The translations under genes and the position numbers were made by a program. A stretch of 64,000 bases of DNA, taken from the NCBI GenBank assembly GCA_937901145.1, contig CALCHE010000228.1, positions 11,709 through 75,708 of the forward strand, written 5' to 3'. The notes beneath the pieces are model-generated. The model was given only the letters and a program-made list of their open reading frames with translations. It was not told where the DNA came from and searched no databases. This DNA comes from an uncultured Clostridia bacterium. GTDB lineage: Bacteria; Bacillota; Clostridia; Oscillospirales; Acutalibacteraceae. Shown piece after piece: positions 8,048-16,670 of the stretch (the stretch's first letter is position 1; every line of letters begins with the position of its first letter).

Positions 8048-8569
8048 TCAGTTTGCAACCTTTACTACTGCGTGTCTTAAAACCTTGTCGCCGAGCTTAT
8101 ACCCCTTGTTGAATACCTCTGCGATTGTGTTTTCACCGAGCTCCTCATCCTCTATGGACATTACTGCGTTGTGGAAGTTCGGGTCAAATTCCTCGCCCTT
8201 TTCACCGAAGGCTTCGACACCTAATTTTTTGAGTATATCCATAAAGCTTGTGCTTATCATTTCCATACCCTTTTTATAAGTTTCTGCATCTGCCTGCTGA
8301 ACATTCAGTGCTCTGTCGAAATTATCCAGAACAGGTAAAAGCTCACTTAAGCAGGAAACCTTTGCATCGGCATAAATGCTTTCCTTTTCTTTTACAGAGC
8401 GTTTTCTGTAATTATCGTATTCCGCTAAGGTTCTGATGTGAGCCTCTTTTGCAGCGGCAAGCTCCTTTTCGAGCTCTTCGATTTTTGCATCTGTTTCGTT
8501 TACGGAAGCTTCTTCGGTCTGCGCCTCTTCAATAACTTCCTCATTTTTTTCGATAGCTTCTTTTGCCAT
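8048..8569 (-). CDS. grpE: Nucleotide exchange factor GrpE
   Basis: 173 aa, acidic coiled N-terminal part, GrpE core (YDNYRKR, FDPNFHNAV). Position between hrcA and dnaK. Confidence 0.95.
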   Translation of the reverse strand: MAKEAIEKNEEVIEEAQTEEASVNETDAKIEELEKELAAAKEAHIRTLAEYDNYRKRSVKEKESIYADAKVSCLSELLPVLDNFDRALNVQQADAETYKKGMEMISTSFMDILKKLGVEAFGEKGEEFDPNFHNAVMSIEDEELGENTIAEVFNKGYKLGDKVLRHAVVKVAN

Positions 8570-8572
8570 AGC

Positions 8573-9598
8573 TTATTCCTCCAATGTATCTGTTAACATT
8601 TCACCTACGAGTGAAGTGAGATATTCTATGCTGGGTATGATTCTCGCGTAGTCGAGTCTGGTGGGACCGATGACACCGATCGTTCCTCCGTCATGACCTC
8701 CGATGGAATAGCGGGCGATGATCATACTCGAATTTTCTAACTGTCGGTACATATTTTCCTTACCGATAATTACATTAAGTCCGGGCTTATCGGTGGAAAT
8801 GGCTCTTTCGAGCTTATCTTTTTCATCGAAAAACTGCATCATTTCATAAATGCTGTTACCGAATTCTCTGTGGTGTAAAAGGTTCTGCTCACCCTCGAGT
8901 CTTATTTCGGCCTGCATAGCCTGTGCGGCGATGTCGGCTAAAACCACGAAAAGGGGACTCATTGAAAGTGCATTTGCACCGAGAGAGGCTACGAGAGTCT
9001 GTATCATAACCGTACCAACATCCGAGACAGGTCTGCCGATGAAGCATTCGTTCACGATGTCGTAAAAGGTATTAACCATATCACGGGTAATTTCTGTATC
9101 AGTTTTACAGATGCCGTTTTTTATGATACCTGATGATGTCATCATTACTATCATCGCTATTCTCGTACCTACGGGCATAAGCTCTATATGCTTGATGGTG
9201 GCACCCTCGTCTGTCGGCGTAGTGGACAGAGCGGCACAGCCCGTTATCTTTGCGAGCATTTCGCCTGCCTTTTCCAGAAGTTTGTCGGGAGAACCCATGA
9301 ACCGTTCAAGCTCACGCTTGATCCCGAGACGCTCTTCATCTGAAAGCTGGTCTGCGTTCATCAGATGGTCGATGTAGTATCTGTAGCCCTTCTGAGAGGG
9401 GACACGTCCTGCTGAGGTATGGGGCTGATCAAGATAACCCATTTCAGCCAGCTCACTCATCTCGTTTCTGATGGTAGCCGAAGAAACAGAGATTGGGAGA
9501 CACTGCATTATCAGCTTTGAGCCGATAGGCTCGCCTGTTTTGATATACTGCTCTACGACAGCAGCAAGTATCATTTCCTTACGCTTTGCCAGCTCCAT
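8573..9598 (-). CDS. hrcA: Heat-inducible transcription repressor HrcA
   Basis: 341 aa, N-terminal winged helix (GEPIGSKLI, SSATIRNEMSELAEMGYL). First gene of the dnaK operon, with CIRCE upstream. Confidence 0.95.
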   Translation of the reverse strand: MELAKRKEMILAAVVEQYIKTGEPIGSKLIMQCLPISVSSATIRNEMSELAEMGYLDQPHTSAGRVPSQKGYRYYIDHLMNADQLSDEERLGIKRELERFMGSPDKLLEKAGEMLAKITGCAALSTTPTDEGATIKHIELMPVGTRIAMIVMMTSSGIIKNGICKTDTEITRDMVNTFYDIVNECFIGRPVSDVGTVMIQTLVASLGANALSMSPLFVVLADIAAQAMQAEIRLEGEQNLLHHREFGNSIYEMMQFFDEKDKLERAISTDKPGLNVIIGKENMYRQLENSSMIIARYSIGGHDGGTIGVIGPTRLDYARIIPSIEYLTSLVGEMLTDTLEE

Positions 9599-9647
9599 TT
9601 CTTCACACTCCTTATTTTTATCAGTCAGTAGTTCGTTTTATTAATTT

Positions 9648-9674
9648 TTAGCACTCTGTGTATTTGAGTGCTAA
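9648..9674. promoter_or_regulatory. CIRCE operator (HrcA binding site)
   Basis: TTAGCACTC-N9-GAGTGCTAA, a perfect match to the CIRCE consensus, between the promoter and hrcA. Confidence 0.95.
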
Positions 9675-9685
9675 TCACTGTCATC

Positions 9686-9714
9686 AATATACTATCTTTG
9701 CTAAAAAAAGTCAA
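9686..9714 (-). promoter_or_regulatory. Sigma-A-type promoter of the hrcA-grpE-dnaK-dnaJ operon
   Basis: On the reverse strand: TTGACT (9714-9709), 17-nt spacer, TATATT (9691-9686), immediately upstream of CIRCE. Confidence 0.65.
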
Positions 9715-9788
9715 TAGAAAAAAGCAACTTTTTTCAAAAATCTTTTAAAAAAGCTGCTTTTTTAACTTCGTTTTAAGTTGTATCAGGG

Positions 9789-10664
9789 TTATGCTCTGTT
9801 ATATATGAACTTGCCCTCATTCATAAAAGCTTTTATCTTCTCATCATCTACCAGTGCCTGCAGAATATTTCTGAGCATAACGGAATAGCTTACGTATTTT
9901 TCTGTTCGTATTTCCAGAGAGAGTGTTTTTAGGAATGCGGTGAACATTTCATCGAAGCCTACACCGTTACAAAGACCGTAAACGATTTCTTTTAATTCCT
10001 TCAGCTTGGCTATGTTAAGGTCGGCAAGCTCCTTTATATCTGCCAGAGGCTCATTGTGAGAGGGAACGTAAAATTCTGCTTCGCTTTCGCGGAGCATCTC
10101 CAGGGTTTTTATACTGCTGTTTACATCGTGAAAAAAGGGTGCCTTGAATTCTCTCCATGTTTTTTCAGAAAGTATGCTGTCAGCCACAAAGAACACACCG
10201 TCAGAGGTCTTAACACCTATCATATCGAAGGCGTGGCCCGGGAGCTTTATTATTTCCAGTCCTTCGGGAAGGTTTTCTTCAGTGAGAGCTTCGACAACAG
10301 TCGGCTCTACGGTAAAGAAAGGATTACGGCTTTTATCTGTGTCGATGCCGTTATAATAGAAAGTGCCCTCCAGATCAGGCTGTGCAATAAAAGGCATTTC
10401 TTTTTCAGTGGCTAAAATCCTACATCCGTACTTTTCGTAAAAGTCCTTGTTTCCGCATATATGGTCTACATGACAGTGAGTACATATTATTGTGTCTACT
10501 GTAAGATTATTGGCTTTCAGATAATTATTAACCGCTTTAGCCATTCTTTTATGATCCGTACCGTCGATGAGAACGACTCTGCTTTCATCGAGCTTATATA
10601 TTCCTACATTGGAAAAGGCTTCAAAATAGTAAGTATTACCTTTTATATGCTTAACTTCAAACAT
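9789..10664 (-). CDS. MBL-fold metallo-hydrolase
   Basis: 291 aa with the HCHVDH metal-binding motif (ICTHCHVDHICGN). Confidence 0.85.
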   Translation of the reverse strand: MFEVKHIKGNTYYFEAFSNVGIYKLDESRVVLIDGTDHKRMAKAVNNYLKANNLTVDTIICTHCHVDHICGNKDFYEKYGCRILATEKEMPFIAQPDLEGTFYYNGIDTDKSRNPFFTVEPTVVEALTEENLPEGLEIIKLPGHAFDMIGVKTSDGVFFVADSILSEKTWREFKAPFFHDVNSSIKTLEMLRESEAEFYVPSHNEPLADIKELADLNIAKLKELKEIVYGLCNGVGFDEMFTAFLKTLSLEIRTEKYVSYSVMLRNILQALVDDEKIKAFMNEGKFIYNRA

Positions 10665-10741
10665 AGATATGCTCCTTATTATTGAAAAATAAATTTTTTT
10701 GTGATAAAATCAATTCATTGCTTTTTATGAGAAGGTGTGTT

Positions 10742-11107
10742 ATGACAGTCGGTATTGCGGGTTCGCGCTCTTTGGATGTACCCATTCCCGAAAATATAAT
10801 AGAAACAGACGGTGTGTCTATGATATACACAGGCGGTGCTGTAGGTATTGACCGACGCGTCCGTGATTTCGCAGCGAAAAAAAGCATTCAGATCACAGAA
10901 ATACTTCCTGAATATGACCTTTACGGAAAGTATGCACCTCTTGTCAGAAATGAGCTGATTGTACGTCTGAGCGACATAATGTATGTTTTCTGGGACGGTA
11001 AAAGCCGCGGAACTGACAATGTAATAAATCTGTGCAAAGAAAATAATAAGCCCTGTAAGGTATATTTATGGAACAAAAACGGATTTTATCTGACAGACAG
11101 ATATTAA
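10742..11107 (+). CDS. Small SLOG/DprA-LOG-like (DUF2493-type) protein
   Basis: Start moved to the internal ATG after GAAGGTG. 121 aa: MTVGIAGSRS...YTGGAVGIDRRVRDFA, a GSR plus GGAxGxD pattern as in SLOG-fold proteins. The family call is from motif memory only. Confidence 0.55.
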   Translation: MTVGIAGSRSLDVPIPENIIETDGVSMIYTGGAVGIDRRVRDFAAKKSIQITEILPEYDLYGKYAPLVRNELIVRLSDIMYVFWDGKSRGTDNVINLCKENNKPCKVYLWNKNGFYLTDRY

Positions 11108-11110
11108 CGA

Positions 11111-11140
11111 AACAGTTGCGTAAACCGTAGCTGTTTTTTT
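11111..11140 (+). terminator. Intrinsic terminator
   Basis: AACAGTTGCG-taaac-CGTAGCTGTT (with G-U pairs) followed by TTTTT. Confidence 0.7.
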
Positions 11141-11264
11141 ATTATTGTTTTTCATTATATAATAATATTATCTTAAAATCAATAAAAAATAACGTCCTTA
11201 TTGTTTTTGAACAATGCATGTGATAAAATAATACAGTAAAGAAAGATTAAAAGGAGGTAGTATT

Positions 11265-13103
11265 ATGCCTGAAAATAAAAAACTTCCCATTCTTCGCAGC
11301 AAGGCAATGAAGCTGCCTCTTACTCCCGGTGTATATATAATGAAAAATAAAGACGGTAAAATTATATACATCGGCAAAGCAAAAAAACTGAAAAACCGCG
11401 TGAGTCAGTATTTCGGTTCTCAGAGCGGACACAGCACCAAGGTAAGAAAAATGGTCGAGAATGTGGATGATTTTGATTATATTCTTACGGACAGCGAGTT
11501 TGAGGCGCTGGTTCTTGAGTGTAGTCTTATCAAGCAGAATATGCCGAAATATAACATTCTTTTAAAGGATGATAAGGGTTACAGCTATATAAAAATTACT
11601 AAAGGCCCGTGGGGCAAAATAAGTCCCTGCTTCCGCAAGGATGATCCCGATGCAGATTATCTCGGGCCTTACACAGGTAACTATTCCGTAACCAATGCCT
11701 GTGCCCGTGCGGCGGAAATATTCCGTCTGCCCACCTGTAATAAGGTATTCCCACGTGATATTAAAAGCTCCCGTCCCTGTCTTAACTATTTCATTTCCCG
11801 ATGCAGTGCTCCCTGTGCCGGCAAAATAAGTCAGGCAGAATATGAGGAAAACCTTAAAAGTGCAGTAGAATTTCTGAAAAATCCCGATGCATCTGCTGTA
11901 AAAGAGCTTCGCGCGGAAATGGAAAAGGCTGCAGAAAACCTTGATTTCGAAAAAGCTGCTAAGCTCCGTGATCGTATAAAGGCTATAGAGAGAATTTCTC
12001 AGAAGCAGAAGGTGGTGGTTAACTCTGAAGGGGATGAGGATGTATTTGCCATCGCTCAGAGGGGCAATAAAGCCTGTCTGTCAGTTCTTTCCTTTGAACA
12101 GGGTGCGCTTAAAAACAGCGAGCATTTTATATTTGATACCGGTGAAAATCTTGCCGATGAAAGACAGTCACTTATTACCTCATATTATTCTCTTGACCGT
12201 AAGATTCCTCCGCTTATTATAGTGGACGGGGAGGTAAGTGACAGTGAGCTTATTACACAGTGGCTTTCGGAAAAGAGAGGTAAAAAGGTTACACTTCTTA
12301 TTCCTCAGAGAGGGGACAAGGTTAAGCTTACACAGATGTGTCTTACCAATGCAGCTCAGAAGCTCAGCGAGCATTTAGGCTTTTTCGGTGCAGATACAGC
12401 TGTGCTCGATGAACTGAAAAAAATCCTGGCCCTGAAAAAGACTCCCGAATATATCGAGGCTTATGATATATCTCACACAGCTGGCAGTGATAATGTAGCG
12501 GGTATGGTAGTATTCAAGGATGCCAGACCGCTTCGTAGTGCCTATAAGCGTTTTTCTATCAAAACCTTTTCAGGACAGGACGATTACGGTTCGATGCGCG
12601 AGGTAATCAGCCGAAGACTTAACCGCTATGTTGAAAACGAAGGAAGTGATGAGGGATTCGGCAGACTTCCTGACCTTATTCTTCTTGACGGCGGTCAGGG
12701 GCAGGTGAGTGCGGTCAAGCCTATAATCGAAGCATTCGGACTCGATATACCTGTTTTCGGTATGGTTAAGGACTCGAAGCACCGCACCAGAGCCATAACT
12801 GATGAAGGGCAGGAAATATCCATAAATTCGGGCAGAAAGGTCTTTACGCTCATTTCCTCCATCCAGGAGGAGGTGCACCGATTCGCCATAACCTACCACA
12901 AATCAAAGCACAGCAAAAACAGTCTTGCTCTGTCTCTAACCAAAATCGAAGGCATCGGCGAAAAAAAGGCAGCTCTTCTTCTTAAGCATTTTAAAACCCT
13001 GTCTAATGTAAGAACTGCTGACAGAGAAGCTCTCACAGCAGTAAAAGGTATCAGCCGAAAGGATGCAGAGAATATTTTCATTTATTTTAATGAGGTACGA
13101 TGA
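11265..13103 (+). CDS. uvrC: Excinuclease ABC subunit C
   Basis: 612 aa. GIY-YIG N-terminus (PGVYIMKNKDGKIIYIGKAKKLKNRVSQY), UVR domain, C-terminal HhH. Confidence 0.97.
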   Translation: MPENKKLPILRSKAMKLPLTPGVYIMKNKDGKIIYIGKAKKLKNRVSQYFGSQSGHSTKVRKMVENVDDFDYILTDSEFEALVLECSLIKQNMPKYNILLKDDKGYSYIKITKGPWGKISPCFRKDDPDADYLGPYTGNYSVTNACARAAEIFRLPTCNKVFPRDIKSSRPCLNYFISRCSAPCAGKISQAEYEENLKSAVEFLKNPDASAVKELRAEMEKAAENLDFEKAAKLRDRIKAIERISQKQKVVVNSEGDEDVFAIAQRGNKACLSVLSFEQGALKNSEHFIFDTGENLADERQSLITSYYSLDRKIPPLIIVDGEVSDSELITQWLSEKRGKKVTLLIPQRGDKVKLTQMCLTNAAQKLSEHLGFFGADTAVLDELKKILALKKTPEYIEAYDISHTAGSDNVAGMVVFKDARPLRSAYKRFSIKTFSGQDDYGSMREVISRRLNRYVENEGSDEGFGRLPDLILLDGGQGQVSAVKPIIEAFGLDIPVFGMVKDSKHRTRAITDEGQEISINSGRKVFTLISSIQEEVHRFAITYHKSKHSKNSLALSLTKIEGIGEKKAALLLKHFKTLSNVRTADREALTAVKGISRKDAENIFIYFNEVR

Positions 13104-13127
13104 AGCTTAATTTTTTGTCGATTTGTG

Positions 13128-13156
13128 TTGAAATATTTCACTGTGTGTGTTATAAT
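13128..13156 (+). promoter_or_regulatory. Promoter of the XRE regulator gene
   Basis: TTGAAA (13128-13133), 17-nt spacer, extended -10 TGTTATAAT (13148-13156). Confidence 0.55.
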
Positions 13157-13185
13157 GTCACAAATTATTTCAAAGGAGAATTCTG

Positions 13186-13557
13186 ATGCTTGCAGATAAT
13201 CTCAGACTTTTAAGAAAAAATTTCAAACTGACTCAGCAGGAGGTAGCTGACATTCTCGGCATTGACAGAAGCACTTATACCTTTTACGAAGCCGGAAAAA
13301 GCACACCTTCGAAAGAAAATATAGTTAAGCTTTGTGATATTTTCAATGTGACAGTCGGCTATCTTTTCGGTGTGGAAAAGAACTGCCCTGAGTTGAAGGT
13401 TGCTAACCGTTCTGATTTCATAGATGAAAACCTTCACGGACTTAAGGAAATATCCAGAAATGAAAAGTTCATTCTTATGGCTTACAGAAGCCTCGACAGT
13501 GAAAGCAAGGAACAGTTTGTAGATGTGGTGAAAAAATTCCTCAAGGAAACAAAATAA
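13186..13557 (+). CDS. XRE-family helix-turn-helix transcriptional regulator
   Basis: 123 aa. N-terminal HTH_3 pattern (LRKNFKLTQQEVADILGIDRSTYTFYEAGKSTPS). Confidence 0.9.
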   Translation: MLADNLRLLRKNFKLTQQEVADILGIDRSTYTFYEAGKSTPSKENIVKLCDIFNVTVGYLFGVEKNCPELKVANRSDFIDENLHGLKEISRNEKFILMAYRSLDSESKEQFVDVVKKFLKETK

Positions 13558-13579
13558 TTATTTCTTTATATAAAAAATA

Positions 13580-13608
13580 TTGACAAAAAGGTCAATAAAT
13601 TATATACT
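13580..13608 (+). promoter_or_regulatory. Sigma-A-type promoter for the 13640 gene
   Basis: TTGACA (13580-13585), 17-nt spacer, TATACT (13603-13608). The track ORF start at 13580 falls inside this promoter. Confidence 0.55.
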
Positions 13609-13639
13609 TAAAGTACTAAATATTAAGGAGGAGATAACT

Positions 13640-14038
13640 ATGAAAAAGGTTATTTCAATTTTACTCGCAGTTTTAATGATGTTCTCACTCGTTTCAGTTG
13701 CATTTGCTACTGAGGATACAGGTACTACAGACATTCCTGTAACTGAAGCTCCCGAAGAAGGTACTGAAAGCATTATTCCCGACCTCGGTGAATATAACTG
13801 GATTCTTGACCTTCCCTTCTGGACAGTAGGTCCTGCTCTTAAGTTCGCAAAGATCGCTCTTAAGCTCGTAAGCGTTTACCTCAAGGTTGCAAAAATCTTC
13901 GGTCTCGTAGAAAAGGATATGGACGATTATATCATCGATATTATCAAGGGTATGATCGATGATGCACAGAACGCAGGTCAGACTGAAGAACCCACTACTG
14001 AAGCTACTGAGCCTTCATCAACACCTGTAATTGCATAA
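13640..14038 (+). CDS. Secreted protein: signal peptide, acidic Thr/Glu/Pro-rich flanks, central amphipathic module related to the small peptides
   Basis: ATG at 13640 after AAGGAGGAG. MKKVISILLAVLMMFSLVSVAFA signal. Core NWILDLPFWTVGPALKFAKIALKLVSVYLKVAKIFGLVEKDMDDY, in which KIFGLVEKDMD resembles P2 KMFGIEKNED. Confidence 0.75.
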   Translation: MKKVISILLAVLMMFSLVSVAFATEDTGTTDIPVTEAPEEGTESIIPDLGEYNWILDLPFWTVGPALKFAKIALKLVSVYLKVAKIFGLVEKDMDDYIIDIIKGMIDDAQNAGQTEEPTTEATEPSSTPVIA

Positions 14039-14051
14039 GATTACATATTAA

Positions 14052-14080
14052 AAGCATCCTTAGGGGTGCTTTTTTCTTTT
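14052..14080 (+). terminator. Intrinsic terminator
   Basis: AAGCATCC-tta-GGGGTGCTT followed by TTTTTCTTTT. Confidence 0.7.
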
Positions 14081-14158
14081 AAAAAGTTATAAAATCTTAT
14101 TTTTTTTATTAATAAATATTTAATTTCATTCAACTTTGCTTTTAATATTATTTACCTA

Positions 14159-14187
14159 TTGACAAAAGAATAACAATCAGTTAAAAT
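14159..14187 (+). promoter_or_regulatory. Sigma-A-type promoter for peptide P4
   Basis: TTGACA (14159-14164), 17-nt spacer, TAAAAT (14182-14187). Confidence 0.5.
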
Positions 14188-14217
14188 TAAATCAATAATT
14201 ATTAGGAGGACTAAACA

Positions 14218-14352
14218 ATGGAACTTATTGAAAAACTTTATCTTCAGATTTTAAACTTAATTCTTGATCTTCTCACAGCTTTCGGTGCTGATACCAGCGT
14301 TGTAGAGGAAATGATTAACGCTACTAAGAAAGAAGAAAGCGAAGAAGCATAA
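14218..14352 (+). CDS. Small peptide P4 (44 aa), same architecture as P1-P3
   Basis: TAGGAGG then 8 nt to ATG. MELIEKLYLQILNLILDLLTAFGADTSVVEEMINATKKEESEEA. Below the ORF-track cutoff. Confidence 0.55.
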   Translation: MELIEKLYLQILNLILDLLTAFGADTSVVEEMINATKKEESEEA

Positions 14353-14370
14353 TTATCTGTGAATCTCTTC

Positions 14371-14402
14371 ATCCTCCGATGAATTTCGGAGGATTTTCTT
14401 TT
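14371..14402 (+). terminator. Intrinsic terminator after P4
   Basis: ATCCTCCGA-tgaatt-TCGGAGGAT followed by TTTCTTTT. Confidence 0.8.
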
Positions 14403-14502
14403 AATATTTATTAATGAAAAAAACGAAGATTTTAAATTAATTTTACAGTAAAATGATTATAATATAGAATATTATTATAAAAATTCACGGAGGGGTTTTG
14501 TT

Positions 14503-15306
14503 ATGAATAATTTTATCGAATACATTGACAAGTCTTTTGAAAATATGAAGGAAACAGAATCACTGTACCGTTATAAGCAGAAGCTTTTGGCACAAATGAC
14601 GGAAAGAGCAAACGAACTTGTGGCTGCAGGTCTTAAGGATGATAAAATTATATGTGCCATAATTATGGATGAATATCCTGATCTTGCAGGCAAATATAAA
14701 GAATCGATGAAGAAAAAAACTGAAATGAGCAAAAAATCAAGGAAGAGCTCCCTTATTGCTGTCGGCACTATGGGCGGCATCTTCGCCGTTGTGTGTCTTT
14801 ATCTTGCTGTCAGCTTCCTTACAGGTGACTGGGGCAAAACATGGATGCTTCTTCTCGGCGGAATTTTTGCAGTTCTTGTTTTTATGTTTGTTGTCATTGC
14901 CGGAAGACTTACTAAAAAAACAGGAAAATTCGGCTTTGTTTCACGGATACTGTGTGTAGGTGCAGTAGCTCTTATAGCTACATATATGTTCCTTTTTACC
15001 ACGATAATTGTTCCTGTTCAGGGAAGCTGGATTATATTTGTACTGGCGATTCCCTTTGCCATGATTTTCGATATGCTATTATCTTATAAATTCAATAAAA
15101 AGACTGGAATTTTCAGTGTGCTTCTTTACATACCCGCTGTATTTACACTGTTTTATGTAGTTCTCGGTATAGCGAAGGTTCTTCCCTGGCATCCGGGTTG
15201 GCTCCTTATACTTTTGGGTATATTTGTAGATTTTGTGGTAGTAACTGTACGACTTCTTTCAGGTACGAAAGTAAAAGAGGAGGATGAAGGATGGAGCGAA
15301 GATTAA
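14503..15306 (+). CDS. Multi-pass membrane protein with an N-terminal soluble helical domain
   Basis: 267 aa. About 85 aa of charged helical N-terminus, then 5-6 hydrophobic spans. RBS GGAGGGG upstream. No specific family recognised; it resembles 'permease-prefix' membrane proteins. Confidence 0.75.
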   Translation: MNNFIEYIDKSFENMKETESLYRYKQKLLAQMTERANELVAAGLKDDKIICAIIMDEYPDLAGKYKESMKKKTEMSKKSRKSSLIAVGTMGGIFAVVCLYLAVSFLTGDWGKTWMLLLGGIFAVLVFMFVVIAGRLTKKTGKFGFVSRILCVGAVALIATYMFLFTTIIVPVQGSWIIFVLAIPFAMIFDMLLSYKFNKKTGIFSVLLYIPAVFTLFYVVLGIAKVLPWHPGWLLILLGIFVDFVVVTVRLLSGTKVKEEDEGWSED

Positions 15307-16574
15307 ATGCCGAGCTTTGGGATAAGATGCACTATCTATTCCGAGATTTTAACGACAGAATGGTTCATCTCGAGCTTCATTACGATTATGAAATTAACTA
15401 TGAAGCATTCCGGACGGTGCTTATCTGCTTCTTTGAAAAGGCACCTGTTTTCCATTCCGGCTTCGTGGATAATAAGGTAAGACCCTACTGGGAGGTAAAG
15501 CCCTACGATATCGACGATGTAATTACACTTAAGCATATTTCAGATGAAGAGGTTCCATTCGCTGTGGATAACTTTCTTACTCAGTATATTCCGCCTGAGA
15601 GCAGTTTACAGATGAAGGTAGGAGTGTTCTATCACAGCGGTAAAACTACCGTATGCTTTGTTGAGAATCATATGTGTATGGATGGCGGTGATTTCAAATA
15701 TTTCATAAGTGCCTTCTGTAAAAATTACAATGATTACATCGAAAAGGGAATATTACCTCTTAATTTTAAAGAGGGCACACGCTCTTATGAGTCGGTTTAT
15801 GATGATTTCACTCCCGCTCAGGAAAAAATGGCCAGAAACCTTTATAAAAATGTCTGTGCTAAGGATGACCACAAATTTCCTCTCACAGAGGACAGAGAGG
15901 AAGACCGTAGCTTTATAGCTCGAAGAAAGCTGACTGAGGAAGATTTCCTTATTCTTAAGCAGGTCGGCAAAAAATACGGTGCTACAGTAAACGACGTGCT
16001 TGTTGCTGCGTATTTTGACGCACTTTATAATCTGGCAGAATATAACCCTGATGACAGTGTTACCATTTCTTGCGCTATTGACCTTAGACGTCATATCAAA
16101 GACAGTACAGATCAGGGCATAACTAACCATACAGCTTTTATGCAGTGCAGAATACCCCGTCTCGGTGATGATATAATCGAAACACTGAAGTATGTGGTAA
16201 ACTCAGCCAATCTTTTCAAAAAAGATAAGTTTATGGGCCTTTACGGCCTGCCGCTTCTTCGTTTCGGTTATAAAATATTACCTCACGCCGCCAGTGAGGA
16301 GATAATCAAGATAGGCTATTCAAATCCGCTTCTGGCTATGAGTAATATCGGTATTCTTGACCATAAAGCTCTGGCTCTCGAGGGACATGAGCCTACTGAC
16401 GGATTTATGACAGGCGCAGTCAAGTATAAGCCCTATGTTCTCCTTTCAGCCACATCAATGAAAAATGTCATCACTCTTTCGATGTGTGTCAGAGGTAACA
16501 GTGATGATAAAAAAATTGTAGAACGGTTCTTCGATCTTTATGAGGAAAGCGTAGAAAAATTAAAAAATTCATAA
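15291..16574 (+). CDS. Stand-alone condensation/CAT-superfamily acyltransferase-like protein (HxxxDG motif)
   Basis: 427 aa. NHMCMDGGD matches the HHxxxDG catalytic motif of the NRPS C-domain, WS-DGAT and PapA families. Start overlaps the preceding gene by 16 nt, with RBS AGAGGAGGA 5-6 nt upstream. Confidence 0.7.
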   Translation: MERRLNAELWDKMHYLFRDFNDRMVHLELHYDYEINYEAFRTVLICFFEKAPVFHSGFVDNKVRPYWEVKPYDIDDVITLKHISDEEVPFAVDNFLTQYIPPESSLQMKVGVFYHSGKTTVCFVENHMCMDGGDFKYFISAFCKNYNDYIEKGILPLNFKEGTRSYESVYDDFTPAQEKMARNLYKNVCAKDDHKFPLTEDREEDRSFIARRKLTEEDFLILKQVGKKYGATVNDVLVAAYFDALYNLAEYNPDDSVTISCAIDLRRHIKDSTDQGITNHTAFMQCRIPRLGDDIIETLKYVVNSANLFKKDKFMGLYGLPLLRFGYKILPHAASEEIIKIGYSNPLLAMSNIGILDHKALALEGHEPTDGFMTGAVKYKPYVLLSATSMKNVITLSMCVRGNSDDKKIVERFFDLYEESVEKLKNS

Positions 16575-16580
16575 GCTTTT

Positions 16581-16607
16581 GAGTGCTCTTCTGAGCACTC
16601 TTTTTTT
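16581..16607 (+). terminator. Intrinsic terminator
   Basis: GAGTGCTC-ttct-GAGCACTC followed by TTTTTTT. Confidence 0.85.
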
Positions 16608-16670
16608 ATACATAAAAGCAAGTGTTGAGGGTTAAAATAATTTCGAAATAAAATTTTACGGAAAGCGGGA

